Of a stretch of DNA of 64,000 nt, positions 48,057 to 58,405 are shown piece after piece. Positions within the stretch are counted from its first letter, which is position 1. Each line of letters starts with the position of its first letter. A model generated the notes under the pieces. It was given only the letters and a program-made list of their open reading frames with translations. It did not search any database and was not told where the DNA came from. Source of the stretch: Polyangiaceae bacterium (GTDB taxonomy: Bacteria > Myxococcota_A > Polyangia > Polyangiales > Polyangiaceae); NCBI GenBank assembly GCA_035063585.1, contig JAPSGB010000016.1, positions 1-64,000 on the forward strand, read 5' to 3'. The position numbers were made by a program, and so were the translations under genes.

Positions 48057-51000
48057 TCACTCTACCTTGAGCTGGATGCTGCCGAAGAGCGCGTCGTCCG
48101 CGCGGCTCGCAAACTGCACGAAGCTCGGGTAGGCGTCCGGTTGCACGCGACCCGCCGGCAGGTCGAGGGTACGGTCGAGCACGAGCGTAGCGCCGCGGAG
48201 CCCGTCCTTCACGGTGACGGAGCGCTCGCCGTCGCGGATGGTGCCGCTCGCGAGGGTGCTCGCGAGCCGCGCGCCGGGCGGGAGCGTGATGGTGAGCCGA
48301 ACCTCTTGGTGGGTCGCCTGCGCGATGAGGAGCGGCGTCTGGCGCACCGGCAAGGTCGCGAGCTGGCTGATGCGCGGCATGAAGGGCGGCGAGACGATGA
48401 GGGTCTGCCCGGTGCGCTGCGCGAACCCGCCCTGGCTCGCCGTCATGCGGAGCACGAGCGGCGCGTCGAGCTGGTCGAGGTTCACGAGCTCGAACTTCGA
48501 GAGCCGCGCGCCGTGCAGCGCGCTGCCGAGCAGCCGCGACTCGATGATGTCGTGGAGGCGGCTCTCGGGGAGCTCCGCCAGCGCGCTCCGCACCGCCATC
48601 GCGTACTTCCCCATGAACTTCTGCGACAGCTCGAGCGTCGCGGAGCCGTCCGCCTGGAGCGCCGCGGTGCCCTCGTAGACGACGCCGTCCTCGCCGCCCG
48701 CGGTCGGTGTCACGAGCTTCTCGAGCGTGGCGCCCGAGAGGAGGTACGCCGGCATCCCCCGCACCTCGGCCGGGACGTAGCCGAACGGCGCGAACTTGCT
48801 GCTCACCGTGAGCCAGACCGGACCGCGGTCGCCCTCGAGCCGAAGGAGCGGCTCGGTGTAGAGCGAGGCGCTCGACATCGGCCCGACCGGCGGCGAGGCG
48901 AGGCGGTTCTGCGCGACCGCGTAGCTCACCGGGATCCCGAGCGCGCGGCAGAGGGTCATGAACCCGCGCCAGCGGTTGCCGTGCTTGCCGACGATCACGC
49001 GCCGTCCGTCCGTCTCGGGGCCGTCTTCGACGTTGGCGAGCACCCAGCGGTAGAGTCGCGTCGCGCGGTCGAGCCGTGACGTCGAGGCGGCGTCCTTCAC
49101 GATCTCGCGCGCGATACGGACGATGCGCGGGTCCATCGGTGCGAGGTCCACGACCGAGTCGGCGAGTCGCCGAAGCCGCTTGTCGAGGGTCACCCCCCAG
49201 CCGACCTGCACGCTCGGCAGAAATTCGGTGATGGGCGCGCTCGCCGGCTCGACCGGCGCGGCCGGGCTGTAATCGACCCTCCAGCGGTGGATGGTCACGC
49301 CGTCCGCCTCCGACACGACCGGCTCCGGCACGGTACCCCGGCGCTCGATGTCGAGCGGCTTGTCATCGGGCGAGATCACCACGAACTCGCTCCGCGCGTA
49401 GGCGATGTTCTCCTCGCGGAAGAACCAGTGCGGCCCGACGTAGAGCTGGCCGCGCTGACCGTCGCCGCTCATGCCGACGATGTGCTCGGTCTCGATGAAG
49501 TCCCCGACCTCGAGGTGCGGGAAGGTGACGGTCGGCTTGCCGGCGACCAGCTCGGGCTCGAGGACGCGACCGTCCTTCTTGATCACTCGCATGTAGAGGA
49601 CGAGACCGTCGAGCATCTTCTGCTCGGCGAGCTGGCTCACCGCCTCCGGGCTCTGGATACGCACGATCTCGTGCTCCAGCATCCGGCTCGAGCCGTCGGA
49701 GTGGACCCAGATCGCCGAGTAGTCGAGGACCCGCGCGGCCGTCCCGGGCATGTGCCGGCCGCTCGCTTCGTAGGCCTTGATGATCGAGAGCCCATCGAGG
49801 CGATAAGGAGCAAGCTCGCTCATCCCCTCGATGAGATCGAGGGCGCCCTTCAGCGGCGCACTCTCCGCTCCGCTGACCACCGCGTCGACCAGCGCGCGGT
49901 AGAGGGCGTCGTGCTTGCCCGCCGCGAAGCTCGCGTCGGCGAGCGCGAGGCGCGCGGCGCCGTCTCGCGGCTCGTCCTTGATGGCCTGCTCGAGCTTCTG
50001 GAAGCTCTCACTCGCGTCTCCCGCGCGCACCATGACGTCGTAGATGCGCTCCGTGAGGTCCTTGCGTTCGGGGCGCCGCTCGCCGATCCGCCGAAGCTCC
50101 GCGAGGGCGGCCGGGTAGTCCTCGCGCGCGAGCGCGCGCGAGAGCGCGAGCTCGCTGTCCGGATCGAGCTTCATGACCCGCGCGACCAGCTCGTCCGCCT
50201 TGGCGGCCTGCCCGGTCGAATCATACATGCCGACCCCGAGCGTCAGCGCGACCAAGTCGTTTGGAAATTGCTTTAGAATACTATTTACTGTCGCGTTGTA
50301 CTCCGCGCTCCAGCCGAGCTCGGAGTAGAGCTGGGCGAGCGCGGCGTATACGTCCGGGACGCCGGGGAACCTCTCGACCAGCGCCTTCACGCGCGGGACT
50401 CCGGGCGCGGCGCCGCCCCGCTCGGCCTCCCAGACGGCGAGCGCCAGCGCCGAGCGCCATAGACCGGGGTCGCGCTTCACTGCGCGCTCATGGAGCACCC
50501 GTGCGAGGTCCTTGCGCTGCGAGTCGTCGAACACGGGATCACCGGCCACGAAGGCGGCCGAGAGCACCAGGGGCGCTCCGGCGGCGCGCTTCGGATCCGC
50601 GATGAGCGGCTCGATGAGCAGGTTGGCTACGTCGTCTTGGCCCTCGACGTCGGCGAGGTACGCCGACGCGTAGCGGAGGAAATCGCTCCCCGGGTCGACC
50701 ACGTTTCCATCGCGAATATAGCGATCGAGGACGTTCGGATCGCCGGTCACCTCGGGGGCCGCGATGGAGTACCCGGCCGAGGCGTCGGTGCTGCCGGTGA
50801 GCTCCGCCGGCCGGCCGTCGGTGGTGAGGATCCGCATCGAGGTCTGCGCGTCACTCACGCGGGCGAGCACGCGATGGCGCCCGGCCTGGAGGCGTACCTG
50901 CGCTCCGAATCTCGGCCACACGCCCCACCGCCTCGGATCGCGATCGAGCACCAGTCGGTCGTCGACGCTGAGCGTGATGGCGCCCTGCACGGCGATGATG

Positions 51001-51842
51001 AGGTCCCTCGCCGCCGGGAGCTCGAGGTACGTCTCGGCGTAGAATACGCCGCCGCTCACCGGCTCCTTGGCGCTCACGCTGCAGCCGCGTCGTCGAGTCT
51101 CGAGGATTCGTGGTGCGGAGCCGACGCCCGGCTCCGGCTGCCAGCGCGCGGGCCAGGGCCCGGCGTCTTCTGCTGGGAAACGCCGGATCACATCGGCGGA
51201 GACGCCGCGCCCGAACGGCCCCGCGAGGCGGAGCTGGGTCGCGCAGCCGTACGCGGCGGCGCTCCGCGCCTCGAGATCCTTGGTCGCCGCGTCGTATGCG
51301 GCCTCTCCCCACCAGCCGACCAGCTCGCTGCGCGCGCGCCATCCGATCGCGCGCGGCTCCTTCATCGCCTCCTCGACGAACGGGCGCCAGCGCTCGAAGA
51401 GCGAAGGATCGTTGCGACGGAGCGCCATGGCGCGATGCGCGGCGAACCACGCGAAGAGCGGCGCGTCGGGGTCATCGGAGCCGCGCGCGGCCCGGGTCGC
51501 TCGGAGGAAGTGCTCGGGTGCCGCCGAGAGGCGACCGTGCAGCTCGTCGTCGAGGCCACGCGCGAGCTCCGCGAAGAGCTCCTCGCCGCCGAGCTCGTCG
51601 AGCTTCTTGCGAGCGTCGAGCGCGCTGCGCGCGTCGCCACCGGGAGAGATGAGCTCGCCGATGAGCCAGCGGCCGGCGATCTCGGGATCGCGCGTCGCGC
51701 GCCCGTCGTCGCGCAGCTCCGCGATGGGCGGGCTCGCGCTCCGGGCTGGCGCGCCGCGCGTGCAACTCGAGGTCATCACCGCCGCGCCGAAGAGCGCGGT
51801 GAGCGCCGCGACCCGAGCTCCCGCGCCGAACCAACCCCTCAC
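48057..51842 (-). CDS. Large TPR + DUF3857 + degenerate transglutaminase-like protein
   Basis: TPR region, FPHLEVGDFIE and LYRWVLANV. The expected GDC motif reads HGNRW. Possible lipobox TSSC. Confidence 0.75.
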   Translation of the reverse strand: MRGWFGAGARVAALTALFGAAVMTSSCTRGAPARSASPPIAELRDDGRATRDPEIAGRWLIGELISPGGDARSALDARKKLDELGGEELFAELARGLDDELHGRLSAAPEHFLRATRAARGSDDPDAPLFAWFAAHRAMALRRNDPSLFERWRPFVEEAMKEPRAIGWRARSELVGWWGEAAYDAATKDLEARSAAAYGCATQLRLAGPFGRGVSADVIRRFPAEDAGPWPARWQPEPGVGSAPRILETRRRGCSVSAKEPVSGGVFYAETYLELPAARDLIIAVQGAITLSVDDRLVLDRDPRRWGVWPRFGAQVRLQAGRHRVLARVSDAQTSMRILTTDGRPAELTGSTDASAGYSIAAPEVTGDPNVLDRYIRDGNVVDPGSDFLRYASAYLADVEGQDDVANLLIEPLIADPKRAAGAPLVLSAAFVAGDPVFDDSQRKDLARVLHERAVKRDPGLWRSALALAVWEAERGGAAPGVPRVKALVERFPGVPDVYAALAQLYSELGWSAEYNATVNSILKQFPNDLVALTLGVGMYDSTGQAAKADELVARVMKLDPDSELALSRALAREDYPAALAELRRIGERRPERKDLTERIYDVMVRAGDASESFQKLEQAIKDEPRDGAARLALADASFAAGKHDALYRALVDAVVSGAESAPLKGALDLIEGMSELAPYRLDGLSIIKAYEASGRHMPGTAARVLDYSAIWVHSDGSSRMLEHEIVRIQSPEAVSQLAEQKMLDGLVLYMRVIKKDGRVLEPELVAGKPTVTFPHLEVGDFIETEHIVGMSGDGQRGQLYVGPHWFFREENIAYARSEFVVISPDDKPLDIERRGTVPEPVVSEADGVTIHRWRVDYSPAAPVEPASAPITEFLPSVQVGWGVTLDKRLRRLADSVVDLAPMDPRIVRIAREIVKDAASTSRLDRATRLYRWVLANVEDGPETDGRRVIVGKHGNRWRGFMTLCRALGIPVSYAVAQNRLASPPVGPMSSASLYTEPLLRLEGDRGPVWLTVSSKFAPFGYVPAEVRGMPAYLLSGATLEKLVTPTAGGEDGVVYEGTAALQADGSATLELSQKFMGKYAMAVRSALAELPESRLHDIIESRLLGSALHGARLSKFELVNLDQLDAPLVLRMTASQGGFAQRTGQTLIVSPPFMPRISQLATLPVRQTPLLIAQATHQEVRLTITLPPGARLASTLASGTIRDGERSVTVKDGLRGATLVLDRTLDLPAGRVQPDAYPSFVQFASRADDALFGSIQLKVE

Positions 51843-54800
51843 GGGCCCACCACCAGTCGCGCGTCGAGCGCCTGGTCGGCGTCGCTGCAGAACTTCTTCC
51901 AGGCGTCGTAGTCGGAGGGCTTCACCCGCGTCACCCCGAGCGCGAGTCGGCTCCGCACCACTACCGCGCCGTTCTTCCGCGCGACCTCGACTGAGTAGGA
52001 GCCGAACCGCGTGTCCACCTTGGCCTCGGGTGGCGCGCTCACCACCCGCATCCCGGGCGGCAGCTTGACCGTGAAGGTGTCGTCGATGGTGGAGAAGGCG
52101 AGCAGCCGCACGTCGAGGTTGCGACGAGAGAGCGAGGCATACGCTGGGGTGAGGCGCGTGTTGGTGGTGACCGCCATGCTGAGATTCTTGCCTTCACGGC
52201 GCGCGAACGAACGGGTCGTGCCGCGCACCTCGAGCCGCACCGGCTGCTCGAGATCCTCGAGGTCGTTCGCGCCGAGGCCGGCCGCGCCAGCCTTTACGTC
52301 GAAGCCGGGGAACTCGCGGCCGAGATCGCTCGCCACGCGCTCGCGGCGGGTCGCCTCGGCGTGGTAGCGACGGCGCCACTCGGCGGCGGCCGTCCCGCGC
52401 GTCTCGTAGTCGAGCTCGAGCTCGGCGTCGCCGTTGAGGGAGACGCTGGCGAGCACCCGCCGCTCCACCACGTTCTTCGCCGGGTCTGGCTCCGGGAGAT
52501 GGACCAGCTCCGGGTCGCCTTCATTGATGCGGAGCGCGAGCGCACCGAGATCCATCTTCGGCAGCTCGGTGGCGCCGGCGTACTCGGCCGTCCCGTCCAG
52601 ATAGAGATCGAGCGAGGGAACGTACGCGATGGCGTGATCGAAGGGCGCGAGGCTCGCGACCTTCGAGGGGAATTCGCCGCGGAGCTGGGTGCGCACGATG
52701 ACGATGGTGGAGGGGATTCCGAGCTCTCTCAGGAGCGAGACGATGACCGTCGCCTTGTCCTTGCAGTCACCCCAGCCGCGCGCGACCGTCTGGACGCAGC
52801 GGCGTGGCTTGAAGCCATATATTCCGAGCTCGAGCGCGACATAGCGGGTGTTCTTGACGACCCAGCCGTAGACCGCCTTCACCTTGTCGAGCTCGGTGGC
52901 CTTGCCCTTCACGAGGTCGTGGGCGAGCTTGCGCGTCTCGTCGTCGAGATCGAACTGATCCTTGGCGAGCCCCCAGTACCACTGGCCGAGCTCTCTCCAC
53001 GTCTGGTAGGTCGAGACCTCGACGAAGCCGAGCACCTCGGGCCACGGCGGCATGGCCGGCTCCGGGACGATGGGCGGGATGTCGCTCGCCGCGAAGCGAT
53101 AGATGCGCTGATCGCCCCGTTCGACCACCTCCCGCTTCAGTCCGGGCACGCGGGCGTCGACGTAGAGCTGGCGGGATTTCGGAGTGATGACCACATACTC
53201 GGCGCTCAGGACCGGCTCGCTCGACTGCATGTACTCGACGTCGCCGAAGTAGCTCGCAAACTCGTTGTTCGGGACGGTGTCGTCGACGCGATAGCGGAGC
53301 TCGACCACGTCGCCCGGCTCGAGCCGCGGGAACTGCACGTAGAAGGTGCGCGCCGAGGTGTACATCGCGATGCTCGGGTCGTCGGCGGCGCCCTCCCCGG
53401 ACTCGATCGCCTCGTCGACTCGCCCGTCCGCGCGGAAGACCCGCGCTCCCCGGAGCTGCACGACCTGCCGATCGGCCTGGTATTGGAAGGCGTACTGGCG
53501 GGCGAGGGCCGCAGCGGCGTCGGTGAGTGGCTGGAACACCACCTGTCGGAAGCTGCTCGAGAGCCCGTTGGCGTACACCGTGGAGACGGTCAGGTCGCGG
53601 AGGGTGCGGCGATTCTGACCGGCGGCCGGCGCGGTGCGCTGCTTCAGAAAGCGCTCGGGCTCCCAGGCGTAGGCCTCGTCCGCGCGCGGCTTCGGCGGTT
53701 CGATGTGCTCGACATACTCTCGGACCTCTTGATCCTGAGGGTGGAGCTCGAGGATCTTGCGAAGGAGTGCGAGCTGCTCGTCGCGATGCCCGAGCTCGCC
53801 CTCGAGATCGGCGAGCCAGCGGAGCGTGGAGGTGTCCTCCGGTGCGAGCGTGAGCGCGCGCCGATAGGCGGCGATGGCACGCTCTGGTTGCCCCAGCGCG
53901 CGATAGGCGCGCGCGGCGACACCGATCGCCCACTGGCTGCTCGGATCGGCCGCGAGCAGCCGATCGACCCAGCGCTCGGCCGCGCGCGCGTCGCGTCGCG
54001 CGATCGCGAGCGTGATCATCCCGTCGAGGTAGCTGCGATCATCGAAGCGGAGCGCCGCGTAGCGCGCCTCCACCTCGGCGGCCTCCGTGGTGCGCCCGAG
54101 CGCGCGGAGCTCGGAGGCCGTCATGTTGAGCAGCGATACCGAATGTGGAGCGCGCTCGAGCGCGCGTTCGAGCGCGGCGAGCGCGGTGCGTCGAAGACCG
54201 GCTTGGTTATAGAGCTCGACCCGACCGAGGAGCGCCGGCAGGTCGTCCGGATCGAGCGTGAGCACCTCGTCGTAGAGTGGCGACGCCTCCTGCGGGTTCG
54301 GTCCGGAGCGGGCCAGCGCGGCCCGCGCGAGGAGCACGGCCACGCGGTCGCGCCGGCTCGTCGCGCGGCCGACACGCGCCGCCGCCTTGCCCACCCACTC
54401 CATCTGCTGGTTGCGATCCTCGCTGAGCTGACCGGCGAAGAGCAGGCGCTCGATGCTGGGCTCGCGCTCGGCGGCGCGCCGCGCGAAATCGCGCGACTCG
54501 TGCTCGCTCGCGTCATCGCCGTCGGTCGCGTCGAGATAGCGCGCGTACGCCTCCAGCGTCGCGGCGGGCGGCTCTCGCGCAGCGACCAGCCGCTGAAACG
54601 CCTGGAGCGGCCCCTCGAGCGTCGGAGCGGTCGCCTTCGCGGGCCGCTTCCCGGCCGCCAGCTTGGAGGCCTCCGCGCTCGCGCCGAGCTCCGCGGTCGT
54701 CTCGAGCCCGGGATCGGGCGCGCCCCGCGCGTCGGCGAGCCGGACCGAGAAGACCGGCGCGGCGTCGTCGCCGCACACCTTCAGGGTGAGCGCGTTCATG

Positions 54801-55534
54801 CCGGGCTCGAGGGTGAGGAGCGCGGCCTGGCGATCGGCGTCGTAGCCGCGATAAGCCTTCTCGGTGAGCACCGGCCGCCCGTTCCAGAAGAGCTTGAAAG
54901 CGCCCGAGGCTCCGACCCATGCGCTCACCGCGCGCGGCAGCGTGGTGCCTGCGCGCGCGCGGACCCAGGTCGTCGAGAAGAGGCAGATCCGCTGCTCGGG
55001 GCGGATGAGCGCGCTCGAATCGACGAACCCGAGGGGAAAAGCCTCGGCGGGCAGCGTGCGCCAGCGCACGGGGCGCTCTTTGCCGGAGTAGGCGCGCCCC
55101 GGAACGATGGCCTTGTCGAAGTCGAGCTCGGGGCCGCGCTCCGCGTCGAGGCCGGTCTTCCCCTCGTTGTCGAAGGGGCCGATGACCGCCCAGTCTCCCA
55201 CGTAGCCGAGCGCTCGCACTCGCGCGCGAGCGTCGTCGAGGTCGCCGCGCCGGCTGCGCGCGTAGGCCACGAGGAGCGCGGCGTACGCGCGCGCTGGCGG
55301 CGAGAGGCGCGGGCTGGCGGCAGCCGCGCGAAGCGCCTCCTCGACGGCGAGCGGGTCGGCGCGATCCCAGGTGCTCCACACCCGGCGGAGCGCCGCGTAG
55401 ACCTCCGGCCCGCGAGCGGCGTCGAGTCGTTGGATCGCGTCGCGGAGATCCGCATCGAAGCGCGCCTCGCCTGCCTCCGCGCGCGGCGACACACAAATGA
55501 GCGCTAGCGAGAGCGCCAGAGCGAGGAGCTTCAC
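51839..55534 (-). CDS. Large TPR + DUF3857 + transglutaminase-like protein
   Basis: Signal peptide, FPRLEPGDVVELRY and TRYVALELG. Triad motifs GWGDCKDKA, PFDHAI and YLDGT. Confidence 0.85.
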   Translation of the reverse strand: MKLLALALSLALICVSPRAEAGEARFDADLRDAIQRLDAARGPEVYAALRRVWSTWDRADPLAVEEALRAAAASPRLSPPARAYAALLVAYARSRRGDLDDARARVRALGYVGDWAVIGPFDNEGKTGLDAERGPELDFDKAIVPGRAYSGKERPVRWRTLPAEAFPLGFVDSSALIRPEQRICLFSTTWVRARAGTTLPRAVSAWVGASGAFKLFWNGRPVLTEKAYRGYDADRQAALLTLEPGMNALTLKVCGDDAAPVFSVRLADARGAPDPGLETTAELGASAEASKLAAGKRPAKATAPTLEGPLQAFQRLVAAREPPAATLEAYARYLDATDGDDASEHESRDFARRAAEREPSIERLLFAGQLSEDRNQQMEWVGKAAARVGRATSRRDRVAVLLARAALARSGPNPQEASPLYDEVLTLDPDDLPALLGRVELYNQAGLRRTALAALERALERAPHSVSLLNMTASELRALGRTTEAAEVEARYAALRFDDRSYLDGMITLAIARRDARAAERWVDRLLAADPSSQWAIGVAARAYRALGQPERAIAAYRRALTLAPEDTSTLRWLADLEGELGHRDEQLALLRKILELHPQDQEVREYVEHIEPPKPRADEAYAWEPERFLKQRTAPAAGQNRRTLRDLTVSTVYANGLSSSFRQVVFQPLTDAAAALARQYAFQYQADRQVVQLRGARVFRADGRVDEAIESGEGAADDPSIAMYTSARTFYVQFPRLEPGDVVELRYRVDDTVPNNEFASYFGDVEYMQSSEPVLSAEYVVITPKSRQLYVDARVPGLKREVVERGDQRIYRFAASDIPPIVPEPAMPPWPEVLGFVEVSTYQTWRELGQWYWGLAKDQFDLDDETRKLAHDLVKGKATELDKVKAVYGWVVKNTRYVALELGIYGFKPRRCVQTVARGWGDCKDKATVIVSLLRELGIPSTIVIVRTQLRGEFPSKVASLAPFDHAIAYVPSLDLYLDGTAEYAGATELPKMDLGALALRINEGDPELVHLPEPDPAKNVVERRVLASVSLNGDAELELDYETRGTAAAEWRRRYHAEATRRERVASDLGREFPGFDVKAGAAGLGANDLEDLEQPVRLEVRGTTRSFARREGKNLSMAVTTNTRLTPAYASLSRRNLDVRLLAFSTIDDTFTVKLPPGMRVVSAPPEAKVDTRFGSYSVEVARKNGAVVVRSRLALGVTRVKPSDYDAWKKFCSDADQALDARLVVGP

Positions 55535-55870
55535 GATGTCCCACGGTCTTCCTACCGTCCCCCCTGGGGCTCGGCAAACCGAATCGGGCGGGATGGGGAG
55601 GCGAGCGCCTCGGGCGTGCGGGTCGCGCGCATGGCCGGGCCGAAAACCGGATGAAATCCGGGCCCCCGCTACGCGCTGCTTGCTGGCTCGGTGGCGGTCA
55701 TATAGAAGGATTCACCGTCAAGAAGCTCACCCCCTTTCCGTGATCGGCATCGAGGGCAAGGGGCGGTCGGAGCGTCGCCAAAGAAGTGAGCGGCGCGCCG
55801 GCCGGCGAGAGGGCCCGGACTCAGTCGTCTCGTGGCACGCCCGCGCATCGAGCAAGCTCTGGAGGCTCGG

Positions 55871-56353
55871 ATGGTCAACCCGCAGATGGTGATGTACGAA
55901 GAGGAGTTCAACCAGATCCAGGCGGTCGTCGACCGCCTGGTTCGGGAAGCGAACGCTAGGGTCGTCTTCATCGTCGACAAGAATGGTCAGCTCATCGCCG
56001 CCAGCGGCGAGGTGGACAACATCGACACGACGTCGCTCGCCTCGCTCACCGCCGGCAACATCGCCGCGACCGGCGGCATCGCGAAGCTGCTCCGCGAGAA
56101 CGAGTTCGCTACTCAGTTCCACGAGGGCGAGAAGGCGAACATCCACATCCAGCTGGTCGGAAATCGCGTCATCCTGGTGGTCATCTTCGACGCCAAGTCG
56201 AGCCTCGGCTTGGTTCGGCTCCGCGTCCGCAAGGCCAGCGACGAGCTGAACCGGATCTTCGAGGCGTTGCTCTCGAAGGTGCAGGAGCCGGGCGGAGACT
56301 CCCCGTTCGCCGAGATCACCGACGAAGACATCGACAACCTCTTCAACGACTGA
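55871..56353 (+). CDS. mglB: Gliding motility protein MglB (roadblock domain, GAP of MglA)
   Basis: MYEEEFNQI...DTTSLASLTAGNIAA...SLGLVRLRV...SPFAEITDEDIDNLF. GGAGG RBS. Confidence 0.96.
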   Translation: MVNPQMVMYEEEFNQIQAVVDRLVREANARVVFIVDKNGQLIAASGEVDNIDTTSLASLTAGNIAATGGIAKLLRENEFATQFHEGEKANIHIQLVGNRVILVVIFDAKSSLGLVRLRVRKASDELNRIFEALLSKVQEPGGDSPFAEITDEDIDNLFND

Positions 56354-56365
56354 GAGCGCCGGGCG

Positions 56366-56953
56366 ATGAGCTTCATCAACTACATGGCCCGGGAGATCAA
56401 CTGCAAGATCGTCTATTACGGTCCCGGCCTCTGCGGTAAGACGACCAACCTGCAGTACATCTACGAGCGCACCAACCCCGACGCGAAGGGCAAGATGATC
56501 AGCCTCGCGACGGAGACGGAGCGCACGCTCTTCTTCGATTTCTTGCCGCTCTCGCTCGGAGAGATCCGCGGCTTCAAGACGCGATTTCACCTCTACACGG
56601 TGCCCGGGCAGGTCTTCTACGACGCAAGCCGGAAGCTCATCTTGAAGGGTGTCGACGGCGTCATCTTCGTGGCCGACTCGCAGATCGAGCGGCTCGAGGC
56701 GAACCAAGAGAGCGTCGAGAACCTTCGCACGAACCTCGCGGAGCAGGGCTACTCGCTCGAGAAGATCCCGTACGTCGTTCAGTACAACAAGCGCGATCTG
56801 CCGAACGTGGTCGACCTCGAGGAGCTTCGTCCGCTCATCAACCCGATGGGCGTACCTGACTACGAGGCGGTCGCCCGCACCGGCGTCGGTGTCTTCGACA
56901 CGCTGAAGGCGGTGAGCAAGCTCGTGCTCACCGAGCTGAAGCGCGGCGGCTGA
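56366..56953 (+). CDS. mglA: Gliding motility GTPase MglA
   Basis: [47 protein letters not shown] and YNKRD. Confidence 0.98.
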   Translation: MSFINYMAREINCKIVYYGPGLCGKTTNLQYIYERTNPDAKGKMISLATETERTLFFDFLPLSLGEIRGFKTRFHLYTVPGQVFYDASRKLILKGVDGVIFVADSQIERLEANQESVENLRTNLAEQGYSLEKIPYVVQYNKRDLPNVVDLEELRPLINPMGVPDYEAVARTGVGVFDTLKAVSKLVLTELKRGG

Positions 56954-57124
56954 GCCGCGCCGAGCATCGCCGGGCCGTGTGCGGCCCGCGCCGTGGCCGC
57001 GAGTGACGGCCCGCGTCGAACGCCGTCGGCTCGGCGATCGGGCCACGCCTCGGACGCCGCCGCCCCGCGCCCTCGCGTACGGGCGCGCGTGACGCGCGCG
57101 GCCGGAACGGCTTAGGCTCCCCGG

Positions 57125-57670
57125 GTGCCGCGCGCTCGCCAACCGCCGCCGCTCGACGCGGCGCTCCTCGACAAGGCCGCGCTCGCTTACCTCGAGCGCT
57201 TCGACAGCTCCGCGGACAACCTGCGGCGAGTGCTGATGGCGCGGGTGCGCCGCGCGGCGCGCTCGGAGGAGCTCGACGTCGCGGCGCTCGCGCGTCACGT
57301 CGACGGGCTCATCGAGCGCTATCGAGCCTCCGGTCTCCTCGATGACGGGCGCTTCGCCGAGAACGTGGCGCGCGGGCTTCGCGCGCGGGGCGGCTCCCGT
57401 CGCGGCATCGCGCTCAAGCTTCGCGCGAAGGGCGTCGCGGAGGCCGACATCGCCGCCGCGCTCTCGCGCGCCGAGCGCGACAGCGCGGAGCCGGAGCTGG
57501 AAGCAGCGCAACGCCTCGTGCGCCGTCGCCGGCTCGGCCCGCTCCGGCCAGAGGCCGAGCGCGCGGAAAAGCGCAGCCGCGATCTCGCCGCGCTCATGCG
57601 CGCCGGGTTCTCGTACGACGTCGCGCGCCGCGCGCTCGGTCCGTCGCGCGCCGATGAAGACGTTTCTTGA
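57125..57670 (+). CDS. recX: RecX family regulator
   Basis: ALAYLERFDSS, GLLDDGRFAE, KLRAKGV and LMRAGFSYDVARRAL. Confidence 0.85.
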   Translation: MPRARQPPPLDAALLDKAALAYLERFDSSADNLRRVLMARVRRAARSEELDVAALARHVDGLIERYRASGLLDDGRFAENVARGLRARGGSRRGIALKLRAKGVAEADIAAALSRAERDSAEPELEAAQRLVRRRRLGPLRPEAERAEKRSRDLAALMRAGFSYDVARRALGPSRADEDVS

Positions 57671-57813
57671 GCGACGCGCCGCCGTCGTTCTTCAACGACC
57701 GCTGCGCGCGCCGCGCTCGTTCGCGCGCCGGTTCCTCCTCGGGCGCCGCGCCCCGGCGCGCTCCACGCGGCCTCAAGAATACGAGTCGAGGCGCCGCGCT
57801 CGCGACCGGCGGC

Positions 57814-57939
57814 TCACTTCGCCTTGTACTTCTTCAGGCGCTTGTGACGGTTCTTGTTCTTGGCCTTGAGCGCCGCCTTGAGTCGGTTCGAGCGACCGCG
57901 GTCCGTCTTGCGCGGGGTCTTGGTCTTGGCGAGGTACAT
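57814..57939 (-). CDS. 41-aa highly basic small protein, not in the ORF track
   Basis: Translated by hand as MYLAKTKTPRKTDRGRSNRLKAALKAKNKNRHKRLKKYKAK*. All 12 Lys codons are AAG and GC3 bias is strong. Confidence 0.65.
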   Translation of the reverse strand: MYLAKTKTPRKTDRGRSNRLKAALKAKNKNRHKRLKKYKAK

Positions 57940-58090
57940 GGGGCGCGTGTTCTAGCTCCGCTCACCCCCTTCGGGCAACGTCGATTCCGCGCCGGGCCGA
58001 CCCTCCCCTCGAACACCCCTGCTCGGATGCGCAGCACCCGCGTCGATTTCGCGCGCCCGGCGAGCCGCGCAAAGCTGGCTCGGCGCCGGC

Positions 58091-58399
58091 TCAGCCCTCT
58101 CGCTCGCGGGTCAACAGGCGGCTCAAGAGCTCCGACGAGTAGCTCGAGAGCTCGCGGAACACCACGCCCATCCCCGGTGGATCCGACTCGACCCGCACCA
58201 CCACGCCTACGCCGTCGATGGACTCGATGTCATCCATCACCACGGTGAAATGGAGGTTCACCTCGGTGCCCACCGGCAGCGGGTTCTTCGACTTGATGAA
58301 GGCGCCGGACGCCGAGACGTTCGTGACGTACTCGGAGATGAACTGATCGAAGGAGTCGAACTCCTTGTTGATCGTCACCCGCTCGTCCTTGCGGCTCAT
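58091..58399 (-). CDS. Stand-alone PilZ domain protein (TIGR02266-like)
   Basis: RKDER, NVSASGAFI and GMGVVF. Confidence 0.85.
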   Translation of the reverse strand: MSRKDERVTINKEFDSFDQFISEYVTNVSASGAFIKSKNPLPVGTEVNLHFTVVMDDIESIDGVGVVVRVESDPPGMGVVFRELSSYSSELLSRLLTREREG

Positions 58400-58405
58400 C
58401 TTCGG

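Noticed and set aside
52361..55507. 1048-aa plus-strand ORF, and similar long ORFs such as 29763..32096 and 55727..57511
   Set aside because: Antisense shadows of well-supported genes, expected at this GC content, with no motifs.
55535..55870. Possible ncRNA in the long spacer upstream of mglB
   Set aside because: No recognisable tRNA, SRP, tmRNA or riboswitch motif. It is adequately explained as a divergent promoter region.
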